The notes under the pieces: model-generated | Told to the model about the DNA's origin: nothing | Database searches by the model: none | The model's input: only the letters and a program-made list of their open reading frames with translations | Shown here: piece after piece, positions 9,006 to 18,751 of the stretch | Layout of the letters: each line of letters begins with the position of its first letter | Numbering within the stretch: the first letter of the stretch is position 1 | Sequence record: SRR22947727_1394 | DNA: 37,444 nucleotides | Reading direction: 5' to 3' (one strand) | Program-made: the position numbers and the translations under genes

Positions 9006-10454
9006 TTATTCAGCAGCAAGCTGCGCCGCGCGATGCGCCTGCGCGCTTTCAAGCGGAAAAACTTTAGCTGCATTGAGCAACCATTTAGGGTCAAAAACAT
9101 CCTTGAGCCACATTTGTGCCTCTAGGTCCATTGGACCAAATTGAACATTCATCAAATCACGTTTTTCAACACCAACCCCGTGTTCTCCGGTCAAACAGCC
9201 ACCAACTTCGACGCATAGTTTTAATATCTCAGCGCCAAAGGCTTCGCAGGTTTCCAGATCTCCCGGCTTATTGGCATCATACAAGATCAGCGGGTGCATA
9301 TTGCCATCACCCGCATGGAAAACATTGCCAACGGCCAGGCCAAATTGTTGACTTAACTCGCTTATACGGCGCAAAACATAAGGCAATTCGCTCACCGGAA
9401 TTGTGCCATCCAGGCACATATAATCATTTATCTGCCCCATGGCGCCAAAGGCAGATTTACGCCCCAACCAGATGCGTGCGGCCTCATCCTGATCCCGCGC
9501 CTGCCGCAATTCTACCGGATTATGGCGGCTGGCAATCGCCGTGATTTTTTCCAATTGCTCATCAATTTCCAAAGCGCTGCCTTCGACCTCAACGATCAAA
9601 AGCGCTTCGCAATCAGGATAGCCGGCGCCGGAAAACGCATCGGTCGCTTCGATGCAGGGGCGATCCATAAATTCGATCGCTACGGGCAAAACCCCCGCCT
9701 GAATAATATCCGACACGCAGGCTCCGGCCACTTCATTACTGTCAAAGCCCATCAAGACCGGTAGCGCTCCTTCTGGCTTGTGCAAAATCCGCAACGTTGC
9801 TTCCGTCACCACGCCCAATTGCCCTTCCGAACCACAAATCACCCCTAAAAGATCCAAACCGGCCGCATCAAGATGCGCTCCACCGATGTCAACAATATCG
9901 CCTTGCATGGTGACCATTTTCACCCCCAACAAGTTATTCGATGTGACGCCATATTTCAGACAATGCGCGCCGCCAGAATTCATCGCAATATTTCCGGCAA
10001 TCGCGCAGGCCAACTGGCTGGAAGGGTCCGGGGCATAAAAGAAACCTTGCGCCTCAACCGCGCCGGTCACGCTGAGGTTGGTGCGCCCCGTTTGAACCTT
10101 GATAACGCGGTTTTCATAATCGGTTTCAAGCACGTCATTCATCCGCGCCACGCCCAAAATAAGACTGTCTGCGGTTGGCAAGGCCCCGCCGGCCAATGAC
10201 GTTCCCGCCCCGCGCGGCACAACGGGCACATTCATCTCGTGACATAGCTTTAAAACGGCAGCGACTTCTTGCGTGCTGCGGGGCAAGACCGCAGCCATAG
10301 GGGGGCACCGATAGGCCGATAACCCATCGCATTCATAGGCTTTGGTTTCCACAGGATCCGAGATCACAGAATCGCTTGGCAATAGAGCATGCAACCGGCG
10401 CACCAATTCAGCTTTGCGCGTCAAAACATCGGGATTTGGCCGGGGCATCTGCAT
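9006..10454 (-). CDS. glcD: Glycolate oxidase FAD-linked subunit
   Basis: PRGAGTSLAGG, APDPSS, HAGDGNMHP and GEHGVG, with SD AAGGAG upstream. Confidence 0.93.
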   Translation of the reverse strand: MQMPRPNPDVLTRKAELVRRLHALLPSDSVISDPVETKAYECDGLSAYRCPPMAAVLPRSTQEVAAVLKLCHEMNVPVVPRGAGTSLAGGALPTADSLILGVARMNDVLETDYENRVIKVQTGRTNLSVTGAVEAQGFFYAPDPSSQLACAIAGNIAMNSGGAHCLKYGVTSNNLLGVKMVTMQGDIVDIGGAHLDAAGLDLLGVICGSEGQLGVVTEATLRILHKPEGALPVLMGFDSNEVAGACVSDIIQAGVLPVAIEFMDRPCIEATDAFSGAGYPDCEALLIVEVEGSALEIDEQLEKITAIASRHNPVELRQARDQDEAARIWLGRKSAFGAMGQINDYMCLDGTIPVSELPYVLRRISELSQQFGLAVGNVFHAGDGNMHPLILYDANKPGDLETCEAFGAEILKLCVEVGGCLTGEHGVGVEKRDLMNVQFGPMDLEAQMWLKDVFDPKWLLNAAKVFPLESAQAHRAAQLAAE

Positions 10455-10466
10455 TAAACTCTCCTT

Positions 10467-10489
10467 ATTGGTAAGCTTTTATAACCAAT
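10467..10489. promoter_or_regulatory. Palindromic operator candidate (GntR/FadR subfamily, LldR/GlcC-like) upstream of glcD
   Basis: ATTGGT-N11-ACCAAT inverted repeat immediately upstream of the glcD SD. TGGT...ACCA half-sites are typical of FadR-subfamily operators. Confidence 0.6.
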
Positions 10490-10668
10490 TTTGACTATTT
10501 GCAATATGTTTGCTTAAAAAGAAATCATAATCCGTTCTTCCCCCGCAGGGCTTCTGCTGATGGTTTACGGGGCTGCGTAAAGATGCCAGCACCAGAATAA
10601 CATTGAGATCCGGTGCTTGCTGCGGCATGCAACAGGTCAGTCGTAAACGCAGAGACACCATAAAAGGG

Positions 10669-12717
10669 CTATACGCGTTTTCTGCCCTCGCGCAGCCAGG
10701 CCAGCACCCCAATTAAAGATACCAAAAACGCCGCCAGCCAGCCCGGAACCAACGAAAACTGGCTCAATTGAACATTTTCGTAAGCCTGTCGGGGCGTAAT
10801 CCCAAGCCACCCGCGCCCAGCCGCAGCGCGCCCTATATTCACGGCTCTTACGCGAGGCAGACCCTCCTGCAGCCAAAAGACGCCCCCCGAACTTTCTTGT
10901 ATGATTGGCATTATCAGGCTGGCGGTGCTGAGCGGGTTTTCAAACTCTTTTGGGGTGGCACTGCCAATCGCAAAAGCGCGCGTGAGCGCTCCATCCGACA
11001 TCTTAAAAAGCCCTGTTTGGGTATTTTTATAAAGGCCTTGAAACTGACCCGGCGCGCGTTCTTCTAAGAGAAGTTTTTGCGAAATTCCAGACGGCGCAAC
11101 AACCTCAACCGGATCTACTACGGCCTTTAAACTGCGTCGGGTGATCAAAACACCCTCCTCCATTTGCTCTGCACGCAGCGCCTCCTCTTCCAATTCTGGC
11201 TCACTCATCAGCCAATGCGCCAAGCGGCGCAGCAATTCTTGTTGCGGCCCTCCCCCTTCGAAATTACGATCCCACAGCCAGGCGTGATCAGAGGCCAATA
11301 AGGCCACGCGCCCGGCTTTAAACCGGTTTAATGTCAAAAGTGGCAGGTCTTGGACGCCCTTTAAAATCACATCGCCTTCGAGCGGCAGCAATTCAATCTG
11401 GCGCATCCAACGCCCCCAATCGCCAGTCTCTGGTAATTGCGCGGTCACCGGGTGGCGCTGCCCAAATTCGGTTAAAGCCGGCAAAAACCCGTTTTCAATT
11501 ACCTGCGCGGTGGGTGCTCCGGGAAGAATCGGCTGCAGGGGAGATCGAAACAATGAATTGGCCGAAGCATATTCAGGCCCTGCCGCTACCAGAACAGCGC
11601 CGCCATCGCCGACATAGCGCACAATGTTTTGCAAATAGGCCGGTGGCAAGATACCGCGCCGCTTGTAACGATCAAAAATAATCAAATCAAAATCATCAAT
11701 TTTTTCCAAGAAGAGCTGGCGGGTTGGAAAGGCGATTAAGGATAATTCATCAACCGGCACACCATCTTGTTTTTCGGGCGGGCGCAGAATTGTAAAATGC
11801 ACCAAATCCACCGAGCTGTCCGATTTCAATAGGTTGCGCCATGTGCGCGTGCCCGGATGCGGCTCGCCCGAGACCAGCAAAACCCGCAATCGCTCGCGCA
11901 CGCCGTTCACGGACAGCATCGCTGCATTGTTGCTTTCACTGACTTCCCCCGCCAAGGGCTCTACGCGAAATTCAAAAATATTTTCACCGCCATGCAGGGC
12001 CGATAATTCCACATCAACTTCGGTTCCGACCGGCAGGTTAAACTGCGTTGGCGGCGCACCATCCACCGAAATGAAAACATCTGCGCGCGGATCGGCCCGG
12101 GTTACAGTCCCGCTCTCTTCGATTTTCAACGTGACCGTGACCGGCTCACCCAAAATCGCAAATGCCGGGGCATTTTTAATCTCTAACTTGCGGTCAAACT
12201 CATCCTTTTCGCCCGTGAGCAGCAAGTGAAAAGGCGCTGGGAAGGAAAATCCGGGCAGCGGGCGATCATGCACTTGCCCATCAGACAAGGCGATCACCGC
12301 GGCGATTTGGCCCGCGGGTTCTTGCGCCAAGGCTTCGCGCAACGCAGCAAACAGCGCAGTGCCCTCTTCTTTGCGATCCTCTATAGAAATTTTACGCACC
12401 TCGGCGCCGAATTGGCGTTGAAGCGTCTGCTCTAAAACCGTTTCGGCCGCCTCTAAGCGCGCAATGCGGCCAGCCAAACGGTTCGAAGCCGTTTGATCCT
12501 TTAAAAGCAGCACAATATCGGGTTTCAGAATTCGTTCCTCGCGGAGCAATTGCGGGTTTAGCAAAGCCCCGAGCAAAAGCAAAAACGCAACCATACGCCA
12601 CGCCCAGCCCCGCAATCCCCGCAGTAAACCAAGCCCAGCCGCCAGCGCGCAGATCACCAACAGGCCAATCCAAACCAGCAGTGGCAATAAAGGATCAAGG
12701 AAAACGCTATAGCTCAT
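10669..12717 (-). CDS. Membrane protein with vWA-like and class I glutamine-amidotransferase-like domains (MoxR operon)
   Basis: 682 aa with N- and C-terminal TM helices, DQTAS...GTAL...LSDGQ (MIDAS-like) and a conserved-looking core LVHFTILRPPEKQDGVP. ATGA overlap with the upstream gene. Confidence 0.8.
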   Translation of the reverse strand: MSYSVFLDPLLPLLVWIGLLVICALAAGLGLLRGLRGWAWRMVAFLLLLGALLNPQLLREERILKPDIVLLLKDQTASNRLAGRIARLEAAETVLEQTLQRQFGAEVRKISIEDRKEEGTALFAALREALAQEPAGQIAAVIALSDGQVHDRPLPGFSFPAPFHLLLTGEKDEFDRKLEIKNAPAFAILGEPVTVTLKIEESGTVTRADPRADVFISVDGAPPTQFNLPVGTEVDVELSALHGGENIFEFRVEPLAGEVSESNNAAMLSVNGVRERLRVLLVSGEPHPGTRTWRNLLKSDSSVDLVHFTILRPPEKQDGVPVDELSLIAFPTRQLFLEKIDDFDLIIFDRYKRRGILPPAYLQNIVRYVGDGGAVLVAAGPEYASANSLFRSPLQPILPGAPTAQVIENGFLPALTEFGQRHPVTAQLPETGDWGRWMRQIELLPLEGDVILKGVQDLPLLTLNRFKAGRVALLASDHAWLWDRNFEGGGPQQELLRRLAHWLMSEPELEEEALRAEQMEEGVLITRRSLKAVVDPVEVVAPSGISQKLLLEERAPGQFQGLYKNTQTGLFKMSDGALTRAFAIGSATPKEFENPLSTASLIMPIIQESSGGVFWLQEGLPRVRAVNIGRAAAGRGWLGITPRQAYENVQLSQFSLVPGWLAAFLVSLIGVLAWLREGRKRV

Positions 12718-15458
12718 TGCCCAAGCCGCTCAAGCAATGCAGGAACATGCACCTGGTCGGATTTGTAATTTCCGGTCAACACATGCATCAGCAGATTAAT
12801 GCCAAAGCGAAACGCGATTTCGCGCTGTCTTTCCCCGATATATCCGCGGCCCACGGGGTATAAGGCGCGCCCCTGCCTATCGACCGCCCAAGCCGCGGCC
12901 CAATCATTGCTGCCAATCAATATCGGGGTCACTCCGTCATTGCGCACTTGAAAGGGCAAGCCGCTTTCACCAGCGTCACTCGCCATGCTTTGTGCCACCC
13001 AAAGCGGGCCATTTCGAAACCGGCCCGGAAAATCCTGCAATAGATAAAAACTGCGCGTCAGCACATGCCCCTCTGGCACCGGCTCAAGCGCAGGCACATC
13101 CAAGATGCGCGCGAGGCGCCGCAACACTTGGTTTTCGCGGCTTTGGCTTGTGATCTGGCCAAGATCGGCATCGCGCGTATCGATAAACAGCACACCGCCC
13201 GTTTGCATAAACCCGTTCAATTTATCAGCCGCTTTAGCGCTCAGCGCTGGCTGATCGGGACTGATCAACCAGTATAAAATCGGGAAAAGCGCCAGTTCAT
13301 CCTCGTCCAAATTCACGCCGCGCGGTTGCCCTGGCTCGACCGATGTGCGCTCTCCCATGCGGCGCGATAGCCCATCCAGGGCTTGAAAAGCCAAAAGATC
13401 CAGCTTTGAATCCCCCGTTATGACATGCCCCAACGTCACCGTTGAGCTGGCCGCTGTGACATCACTGGGCAACCTATCTTGGGCATGAACGGTGGTTGGA
13501 TTATGAGCCAAAGTGGCGGTGGCCAAAATCGCCCCCGTGATTATGGTGCGGCCACTCAGCGCCAAACTGGCCAAAACATCCACCGCCAGAGCAATAAGGG
13601 CCAAGCTTAAAAACCACCCGCTGAGCTCGCGTGTCTGTTGCGTGACATCCAGTTTTTGTACCCAGTCCGGCCAGATCATGGGCGCCAAATCTGCAGGTTT
13701 TGGCTCAAGATTGTGAGACGCCAGCTGCCCTTTAAATTCATACAAGCCTGGCGGGCTAAGCGCTCCAAAGCGCCGCTGCTGTAACTGCTCGGCATCAATT
13801 CCTGGCAAGTAATCCGCATCCATTATTTCACCAAAGCCATCCAGAACCTGAACTGGACTCCACACCGTCCCAGCCGCCAACGGCACCTCATCCTGCCAGC
13901 CCCGCGCCGCGTTCAGCCGGTTAAGCATATCCAAGAATAAACTACTTAAGGGTAAGTTGCTCCAGTCTGTATTGGCGGTGATATGCCAGAACACAATCTG
14001 CCCCGAACCAGCTTCTTTGCGGGTGATCAGTGGCGTTCCGTCTTGCAACCGGGCGAGAACACGCGCGGCCAAATCTGGGCTGGGTTGCGCCAAAACCTGG
14101 GCCCTCACACGAATATCAGGGGGCAGGGTCAAACCGGCAAACGGGCCAGCAAGCGCAAAGGGCTCAATTGCTTTAGGTTGTTCCCAACTCATTGCGCCGC
14201 CAAGCCGACGCCCGCCTTGCCGCAACACGACTGGCAGCAAAGGATCTTCGCGCAAGGCCGCTGGATTTGCAGCCGCCAATCTTGGGCCCGCAAACCGCAC
14301 CAATGTCCCCCCAGCTTTCACCCAATCCAGCAGCGGTTCAGGATCGGCCAAAGGCAGCATATCGGCCCAAATGATAAGATCAGGATTGGCCAGCAAAACC
14401 TGCTCTAACGCCCCAGTGATGAAGGCCACTTTTGGCGCCAACGCCTTTTGAACAAAATGCAGCGGATCTAAAAGGTCCAAGCTTTCGGCGCTTGCCGGCC
14501 CGCCAAATAAGGCCACTTCGGCGCGCTTAATTTGATTGCCCAACAAATAAAGCGCCGCCGCATGATCTTGCCCCTCAATCTCAAACCTTTCAAGCCGTGA
14601 TAAAACTTCTGCTGGCGCTTTAAACTTTACCTCCTGATCTGTTTCGCCGGCGATCAGGTTAAGTGTTTCGCGCAGCAAAACCGTTCTTGTTCCTGCAGGA
14701 TCGCGGCCAATTCCCAAAATACGTACCGAGCGATTTGATCCATGCGCGCTGCGGCGCAGGCTTAGAGACACCTGCCCTGCCGCGTATTGCAACTCGCCCA
14801 GCGTCAAAATTTCAGTCTGTGCAGAGATCAAACGCACCCTGCCTGCCGCGCGCAACCGCTGCAGGATGTCTTGACGAGCGCCGTCATAATCTAAACCATC
14901 CGAGAGCCAAAGCGTGTCAAATTTTAGGCCTCTTAACGCCTCTAGCTGCGCGTTCACCTGCGTCCATCGCGGGGCATAGGGGCGCGGCTGTAGCGTTTCG
15001 ATTTCTTGCACCATCGCCTGCGCGCTTTGAAATGCAATCGGGTTTGGAGCAGTTGCCAGAATCACGCCAACCCGTTGCCCCGCCCGCGCAGCTTTGCGCA
15101 AATCGGCCTTTAACATATCCCGTTGAAACTGAAACTCAGGTGCTGCGGCCCATGCGCCATCCACCACGATCAAAAGGTCTGGGCCGCGATCAGGCTGCGT
15201 TTGCGGGTTGAGAATCGGGCCTGCAAACCCAATCAAAACCGCCGCAATTGCCAGGCTGCGCAAAACAAGCAGCCACCAAGGCGCATGGGCGCTGGTTTGG
15301 GTTTCATCTTCCAACCCCAGCAACAAACCCACCGCCGGAAACAGCCTTTGCACAGGTGCGGGCGGCAAAGCCCGCAACAAGATCCAAAGAAGCGGCAGAA
15401 GCAGCAGCCCCCAAAGCACCCAGGGGGCGTTGAACGCGATGGCGCTCCAGCCCAGCAT
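12714..15458 (-). CDS. Membrane protein with BatA-like N-terminus and DUF4159 C-terminus
   Basis: 914 aa with a BatA-like N-terminal double TM (PWWLLVLR) and a C-terminal HVLTRSFYLL...GINLLMHVLTGNYKSDQVH. Confidence 0.85.
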   Translation of the reverse strand: MLGWSAIAFNAPWVLWGLLLLPLLWILLRALPPAPVQRLFPAVGLLLGLEDETQTSAHAPWWLLVLRSLAIAAVLIGFAGPILNPQTQPDRGPDLLIVVDGAWAAAPEFQFQRDMLKADLRKAARAGQRVGVILATAPNPIAFQSAQAMVQEIETLQPRPYAPRWTQVNAQLEALRGLKFDTLWLSDGLDYDGARQDILQRLRAAGRVRLISAQTEILTLGELQYAAGQVSLSLRRSAHGSNRSVRILGIGRDPAGTRTVLLRETLNLIAGETDQEVKFKAPAEVLSRLERFEIEGQDHAAALYLLGNQIKRAEVALFGGPASAESLDLLDPLHFVQKALAPKVAFITGALEQVLLANPDLIIWADMLPLADPEPLLDWVKAGGTLVRFAGPRLAAANPAALREDPLLPVVLRQGGRRLGGAMSWEQPKAIEPFALAGPFAGLTLPPDIRVRAQVLAQPSPDLAARVLARLQDGTPLITRKEAGSGQIVFWHITANTDWSNLPLSSLFLDMLNRLNAARGWQDEVPLAAGTVWSPVQVLDGFGEIMDADYLPGIDAEQLQQRRFGALSPPGLYEFKGQLASHNLEPKPADLAPMIWPDWVQKLDVTQQTRELSGWFLSLALIALAVDVLASLALSGRTIITGAILATATLAHNPTTVHAQDRLPSDVTAASSTVTLGHVITGDSKLDLLAFQALDGLSRRMGERTSVEPGQPRGVNLDEDELALFPILYWLISPDQPALSAKAADKLNGFMQTGGVLFIDTRDADLGQITSQSRENQVLRRLARILDVPALEPVPEGHVLTRSFYLLQDFPGRFRNGPLWVAQSMASDAGESGLPFQVRNDGVTPILIGSNDWAAAWAVDRQGRALYPVGRGYIGERQREIAFRFGINLLMHVLTGNYKSDQVHVPALLERLGQ

Positions 15459-16339
15459 CAGCCGCGGCGCCCCTCTTGGCCAAGCGCTTTATGCAATTGT
15501 AAAAGCGCCGATATTGGGTTTGCATTGCTGACATAGTCGATCAACTGCCAGCCTGCGTCTTTTGCTAAATTTGCCAAGCCATCGCGCCGCGCCGCCAAGC
15601 GCTGTAAATATTGCGCGCGCAAATCTGCCGCCTGTAAACTGTCATGCTGCAGGCGTTTAAGCGGGCTTTGAAAAACAGCCCGCCCGCGATAAGGAAACTC
15701 AACCTCTGCGGGGTCTAAAACCTGCAATATCACGCCATTAATCCCGGCATCAACGGCTTTGCTCAACGCAAGTTTCAACGGATCTAAATCTCCCAGAAAA
15801 TCTGAGATGAACAGCGCGCGGGCATTCGGTAGGAAAACCGGTTCCAGAGCTGTGGTATATTCTTCAAGGCCAGGTTTTAAAAACGCATCCGCCAATCTGA
15901 AAATCTGTTTACGGCCACGCGCTGGGGGCAAACCTGTGGTCGCCAAACCCACTTTTTCACCGGCTTTCTCAGCTGCAATCGCCAGCGCCAAAGCCAAAAC
16001 CCCCGCCTGCTGAAATTTTGAGGGGGTCGTTTGAGATGAAAATTGCATCGAGCGGGCGCTATCCACCCAGATCTGAAGCGATTGCGCGGTTCTCCATTCT
16101 TGCTGGCGCACAAAATACCCGTCACTTTTGCCCGAGCGGCGGTGATCTATTGCCCGCAGCGTATCCTGCTGCGGTTGATAGGGCCGATATTGCCAGAAAT
16201 CCTCACCGACACCCGACCGGCGGCGGCCATGCCCACCCATCAGCGCGTTTTGCGCCAAGCGGTTTGCGGCCAAAAGCAACGCCCCTAATGGGTCCGCCAA
16301 TTGCCCCGCATTGCCATGAAGAGAGGCTGCTAAACTCAT
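15458..16339 (-). CDS. DUF58 (vWA-like) MoxR partner protein
   Basis: GHGRRRSGVGEDFWQYRPY, VDSARSM and ISDF; directly downstream of the MoxR gene. Confidence 0.88.
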   Translation of the reverse strand: MSLAASLHGNAGQLADPLGALLLAANRLAQNALMGGHGRRRSGVGEDFWQYRPYQPQQDTLRAIDHRRSGKSDGYFVRQQEWRTAQSLQIWVDSARSMQFSSQTTPSKFQQAGVLALALAIAAEKAGEKVGLATTGLPPARGRKQIFRLADAFLKPGLEEYTTALEPVFLPNARALFISDFLGDLDPLKLALSKAVDAGINGVILQVLDPAEVEFPYRGRAVFQSPLKRLQHDSLQAADLRAQYLQRLAARRDGLANLAKDAGWQLIDYVSNANPISALLQLHKALGQEGRRG

Positions 16340-17343
16340 GCCGCAGCGCGCGCGTGGTCAAGCTGATCTGCAATACGGCGAATAAGATCCGGCAAATCCA
16401 CCCCATTGGCCTGCGCCGAATAGCGCAACGCCATGCGATGCGCCAAAACGGGAACAGCCAATGCCAGAACGTCCTGCACCGAGGGCGATAAGCGGCCGTT
16501 CAAAAGCGCCCAGGCGCGCGCAGAAAGCATTAAAGATTGCGCCGCGCGCGGCCCCGGGCCCCACGCAACCGTATCGCATAGCTCTTTTGACGCCGACGCA
16601 TCCTCGGGGCGACAGGCGCGCACCAAATCAAGGATAAAGTTAACCACGCTGTTTCCTATTGGCATTTGCCGAACCACCCTTTGCGCCGCCATCAACCGTG
16701 CCGGATCAAACACCTGCTCAACCCGCACCTGCCCCACACCGGTGGTTTCAAGCAAAATCTCGCGCTCGGTCTCGCGATCTGGATAATCCAAAGTGATTTG
16801 TAGCAAAAACCGGTCCAGCTGCGCCTCTGGCAACGGATAAGTTCCTTCTTGTTCAATTGGGTTTTGAGTGGCCAAAACGTGAAATGGCTGCGGCAGCGGG
16901 CGCGTTTGCCCGGCGATCGACACTTGCCCTTCTTGCATCGCTTGCAGCAAGGCAGATTGCGTGCGCGGGCTGGCGCGATTGATCTCATCTGCCATTAAAA
17001 GCTGGCTGAAAATCGGTCCCTCAATAAACTTAAATTGCCGCGCCCCATCGGGCTTCGTTTCCAATATTTCAGACCCTAAAATATCAGCCGGCATCAGATC
17101 AGGTGTAAATTGCACGCGTTGGGTGTGCAGCCCCAGCACGTGCCCCAACGTGTTCACGAGCAGGGTTTTTCCCAGCCCAGGCACCCCAACCAACAATCCA
17201 TGGCCCCCCGATAACAGCGCGATCAGGCTTAGATCTATAACCGATTTCTGACCGATGAATTTCTTAGCAATTTCGGCCTTCATCCGGGCCAAATCTGCCG
17301 TTAGACCTTCTATCTGATCCGCAATATCCTGTGACGAAGACAT
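16336..17343 (-). CDS. MoxR-family AAA+ ATPase
   Basis: Walker A GVPGLGKT, QFTPDLMPAD, Walker B ADEINR and ATQNPIEQEGTYPLPEAQLDRF. Start re-called at MSSSQD (17343). Confidence 0.95.
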   Translation of the reverse strand: MSSSQDIADQIEGLTADLARMKAEIAKKFIGQKSVIDLSLIALLSGGHGLLVGVPGLGKTLLVNTLGHVLGLHTQRVQFTPDLMPADILGSEILETKPDGARQFKFIEGPIFSQLLMADEINRASPRTQSALLQAMQEGQVSIAGQTRPLPQPFHVLATQNPIEQEGTYPLPEAQLDRFLLQITLDYPDRETEREILLETTGVGQVRVEQVFDPARLMAAQRVVRQMPIGNSVVNFILDLVRACRPEDASASKELCDTVAWGPGPRAAQSLMLSARAWALLNGRLSPSVQDVLALAVPVLAHRMALRYSAQANGVDLPDLIRRIADQLDHARAAA

Positions 17344-17401
17344 GGCTTTTTCCCCTTTGACAAATATATAGGTGTTATTGAGTGTATTGCGACAAAACAA
17401 A

Positions 17402-18004
17402 ATGGCAAAACCAATGAGTGCAGAAAAAATACCATCGCCCAGTGCTGAAGGGCTGGCGCAGGCTGCAAGAGCCGCCAGCGACGGGCGCAAATTGCCGCCT
17501 GTCCACTTGTGGAATCCGCCATTTTGCGGGGATCTGGATATGCGCATCGCCCGCGACGGGACCTGGTTTTATCAGGGCACGCCCATCGGCCGCTTTGAGC
17601 TGGTGCGGCTATTTTCATCCATCCTGCGCAAGGACGGAGATAGCTACGTCTTGGTTACCCCGGTTGAGAAAGTGGGAATCACCGTCGATGACGCCCCCTT
17701 TGTGGCTGTGGATTTTGAAAATATCGGCACCCCAGATAGGCCCGTTTTGTGCTTTGAAACGCATGTTGGTGATTTTTCGCAAGCCGGACGGGAAAACCCC
17801 ATTCGCGTTGAAAAGCACCCAGAAACTGGCGAGCCCGCGCCCTATATTCATATCCGAGCCGGGCTAGAGGCTTTGATCGATCGCAAAAGCTTTTACCGCT
17901 TGGTCGAGCGGGGCGAACAAGCCGAGCATCAGGGCCAAACTTGGTATGGCATTTATTCCGATGGGGTATTTTTTCCGATTATTCTAGCAGATGAACTCAA
18001 TTAA
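17402..18004 (+). CDS. DUF1285 family protein
   Basis: PPVHLWNPPFCGDLDMRIARDGTWFY, LVTPVEK and VDDAPF; divergent from the MoxR gene. Confidence 0.88.
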   Translation: MAKPMSAEKIPSPSAEGLAQAARAASDGRKLPPVHLWNPPFCGDLDMRIARDGTWFYQGTPIGRFELVRLFSSILRKDGDSYVLVTPVEKVGITVDDAPFVAVDFENIGTPDRPVLCFETHVGDFSQAGRENPIRVEKHPETGEPAPYIHIRAGLEALIDRKSFYRLVERGEQAEHQGQTWYGIYSDGVFFPIILADELN

Positions 18005-18086
18005 CTTAGCTGGCTGCAAACCGGCGCTATTTTCACAAGGGCCTTTGGGTAGATCGTTAACCTTTTAAAACGCAGGCGAACAGATT

Positions 18087-18326
18087 TTATGCGTCGATTG
18101 GCACCACGTCGAACTCAACAAAATCGTTCCAGCGTTCAAACCAAAGATCCTACAAAACAGGGCTCTGCGTCTCCATCAACTGATAGCAGATCAACAAATC
18201 TTTATTTGGCCAAGAATTCAAATAATAAAGCCCATTTGGGAGCGATCGGCCCTGCCTTTGAAACCTTTCATGGGCTGCGTCCCAACACCCCGCTTTAAAC
18301 CGCTCTATCACCATATATTTTTGCAT
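18087..18326 (-). pseudogene. DUF3303-like small protein interrupted by an in-frame TAG at 18150-18152
   Basis: MQKYMVIERFK...GRSLPNGLYYLNSW...CYQLME, then a stop, then the same frame continues DLWFERWNDFVEFDVVPIDA*, matching the family C-terminus as I recall it. Confidence 0.7.
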
Positions 18327-18751
18327 GACCACGCCTAAAACCCCCATATCTGCCGGTTCTTCCAGCCTGCCCTATGGCGGGTAAAGGCCCGGCTTGCGAA
18401 AAGAAAGATCCGCTATTTTAACGCAGCGCTCTCAGTCACCTGAGATCATAGCGCAGCGGCTTGATCCAGCTCCGCTTGCCGGTGGTGTTTTTGTAGATTT
18501 TAAGCCGAATTATAAATTTCCCAAAAGGCTTAAAAATGTTGGACCCGGTGATTAAACCTTAGCCCACTGAGAGAGATCTTGCTAAAATTTTATGTTTGTA
18601 AACTTATTCCCTTATTAGGGTGTCAGACGAACAAACCTAAACTCAACCCTAAAAAACACTGACAAACTGTGGCGGCGCATAATATAAAACCGCCGGTAAT
18701 ACGCGATAAACTCCGTCTAAAACATAAGTCGAAAGACACGCGAGCAAGTGT

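Noticed and set aside
17344..17547. Long N-terminal extension of the MoxR ORF
   Set aside because: It overlaps the divergent DUF1285 gene. ATG 17343 has a purine-rich SD and gives a typical MoxR length.
18415..18525. Minus-strand peptide LQKHHRQAELDQAAAL resembling a TPR helix
   Set aside because: It is too short and flanked by stops, so it cannot be told from chance without a search.
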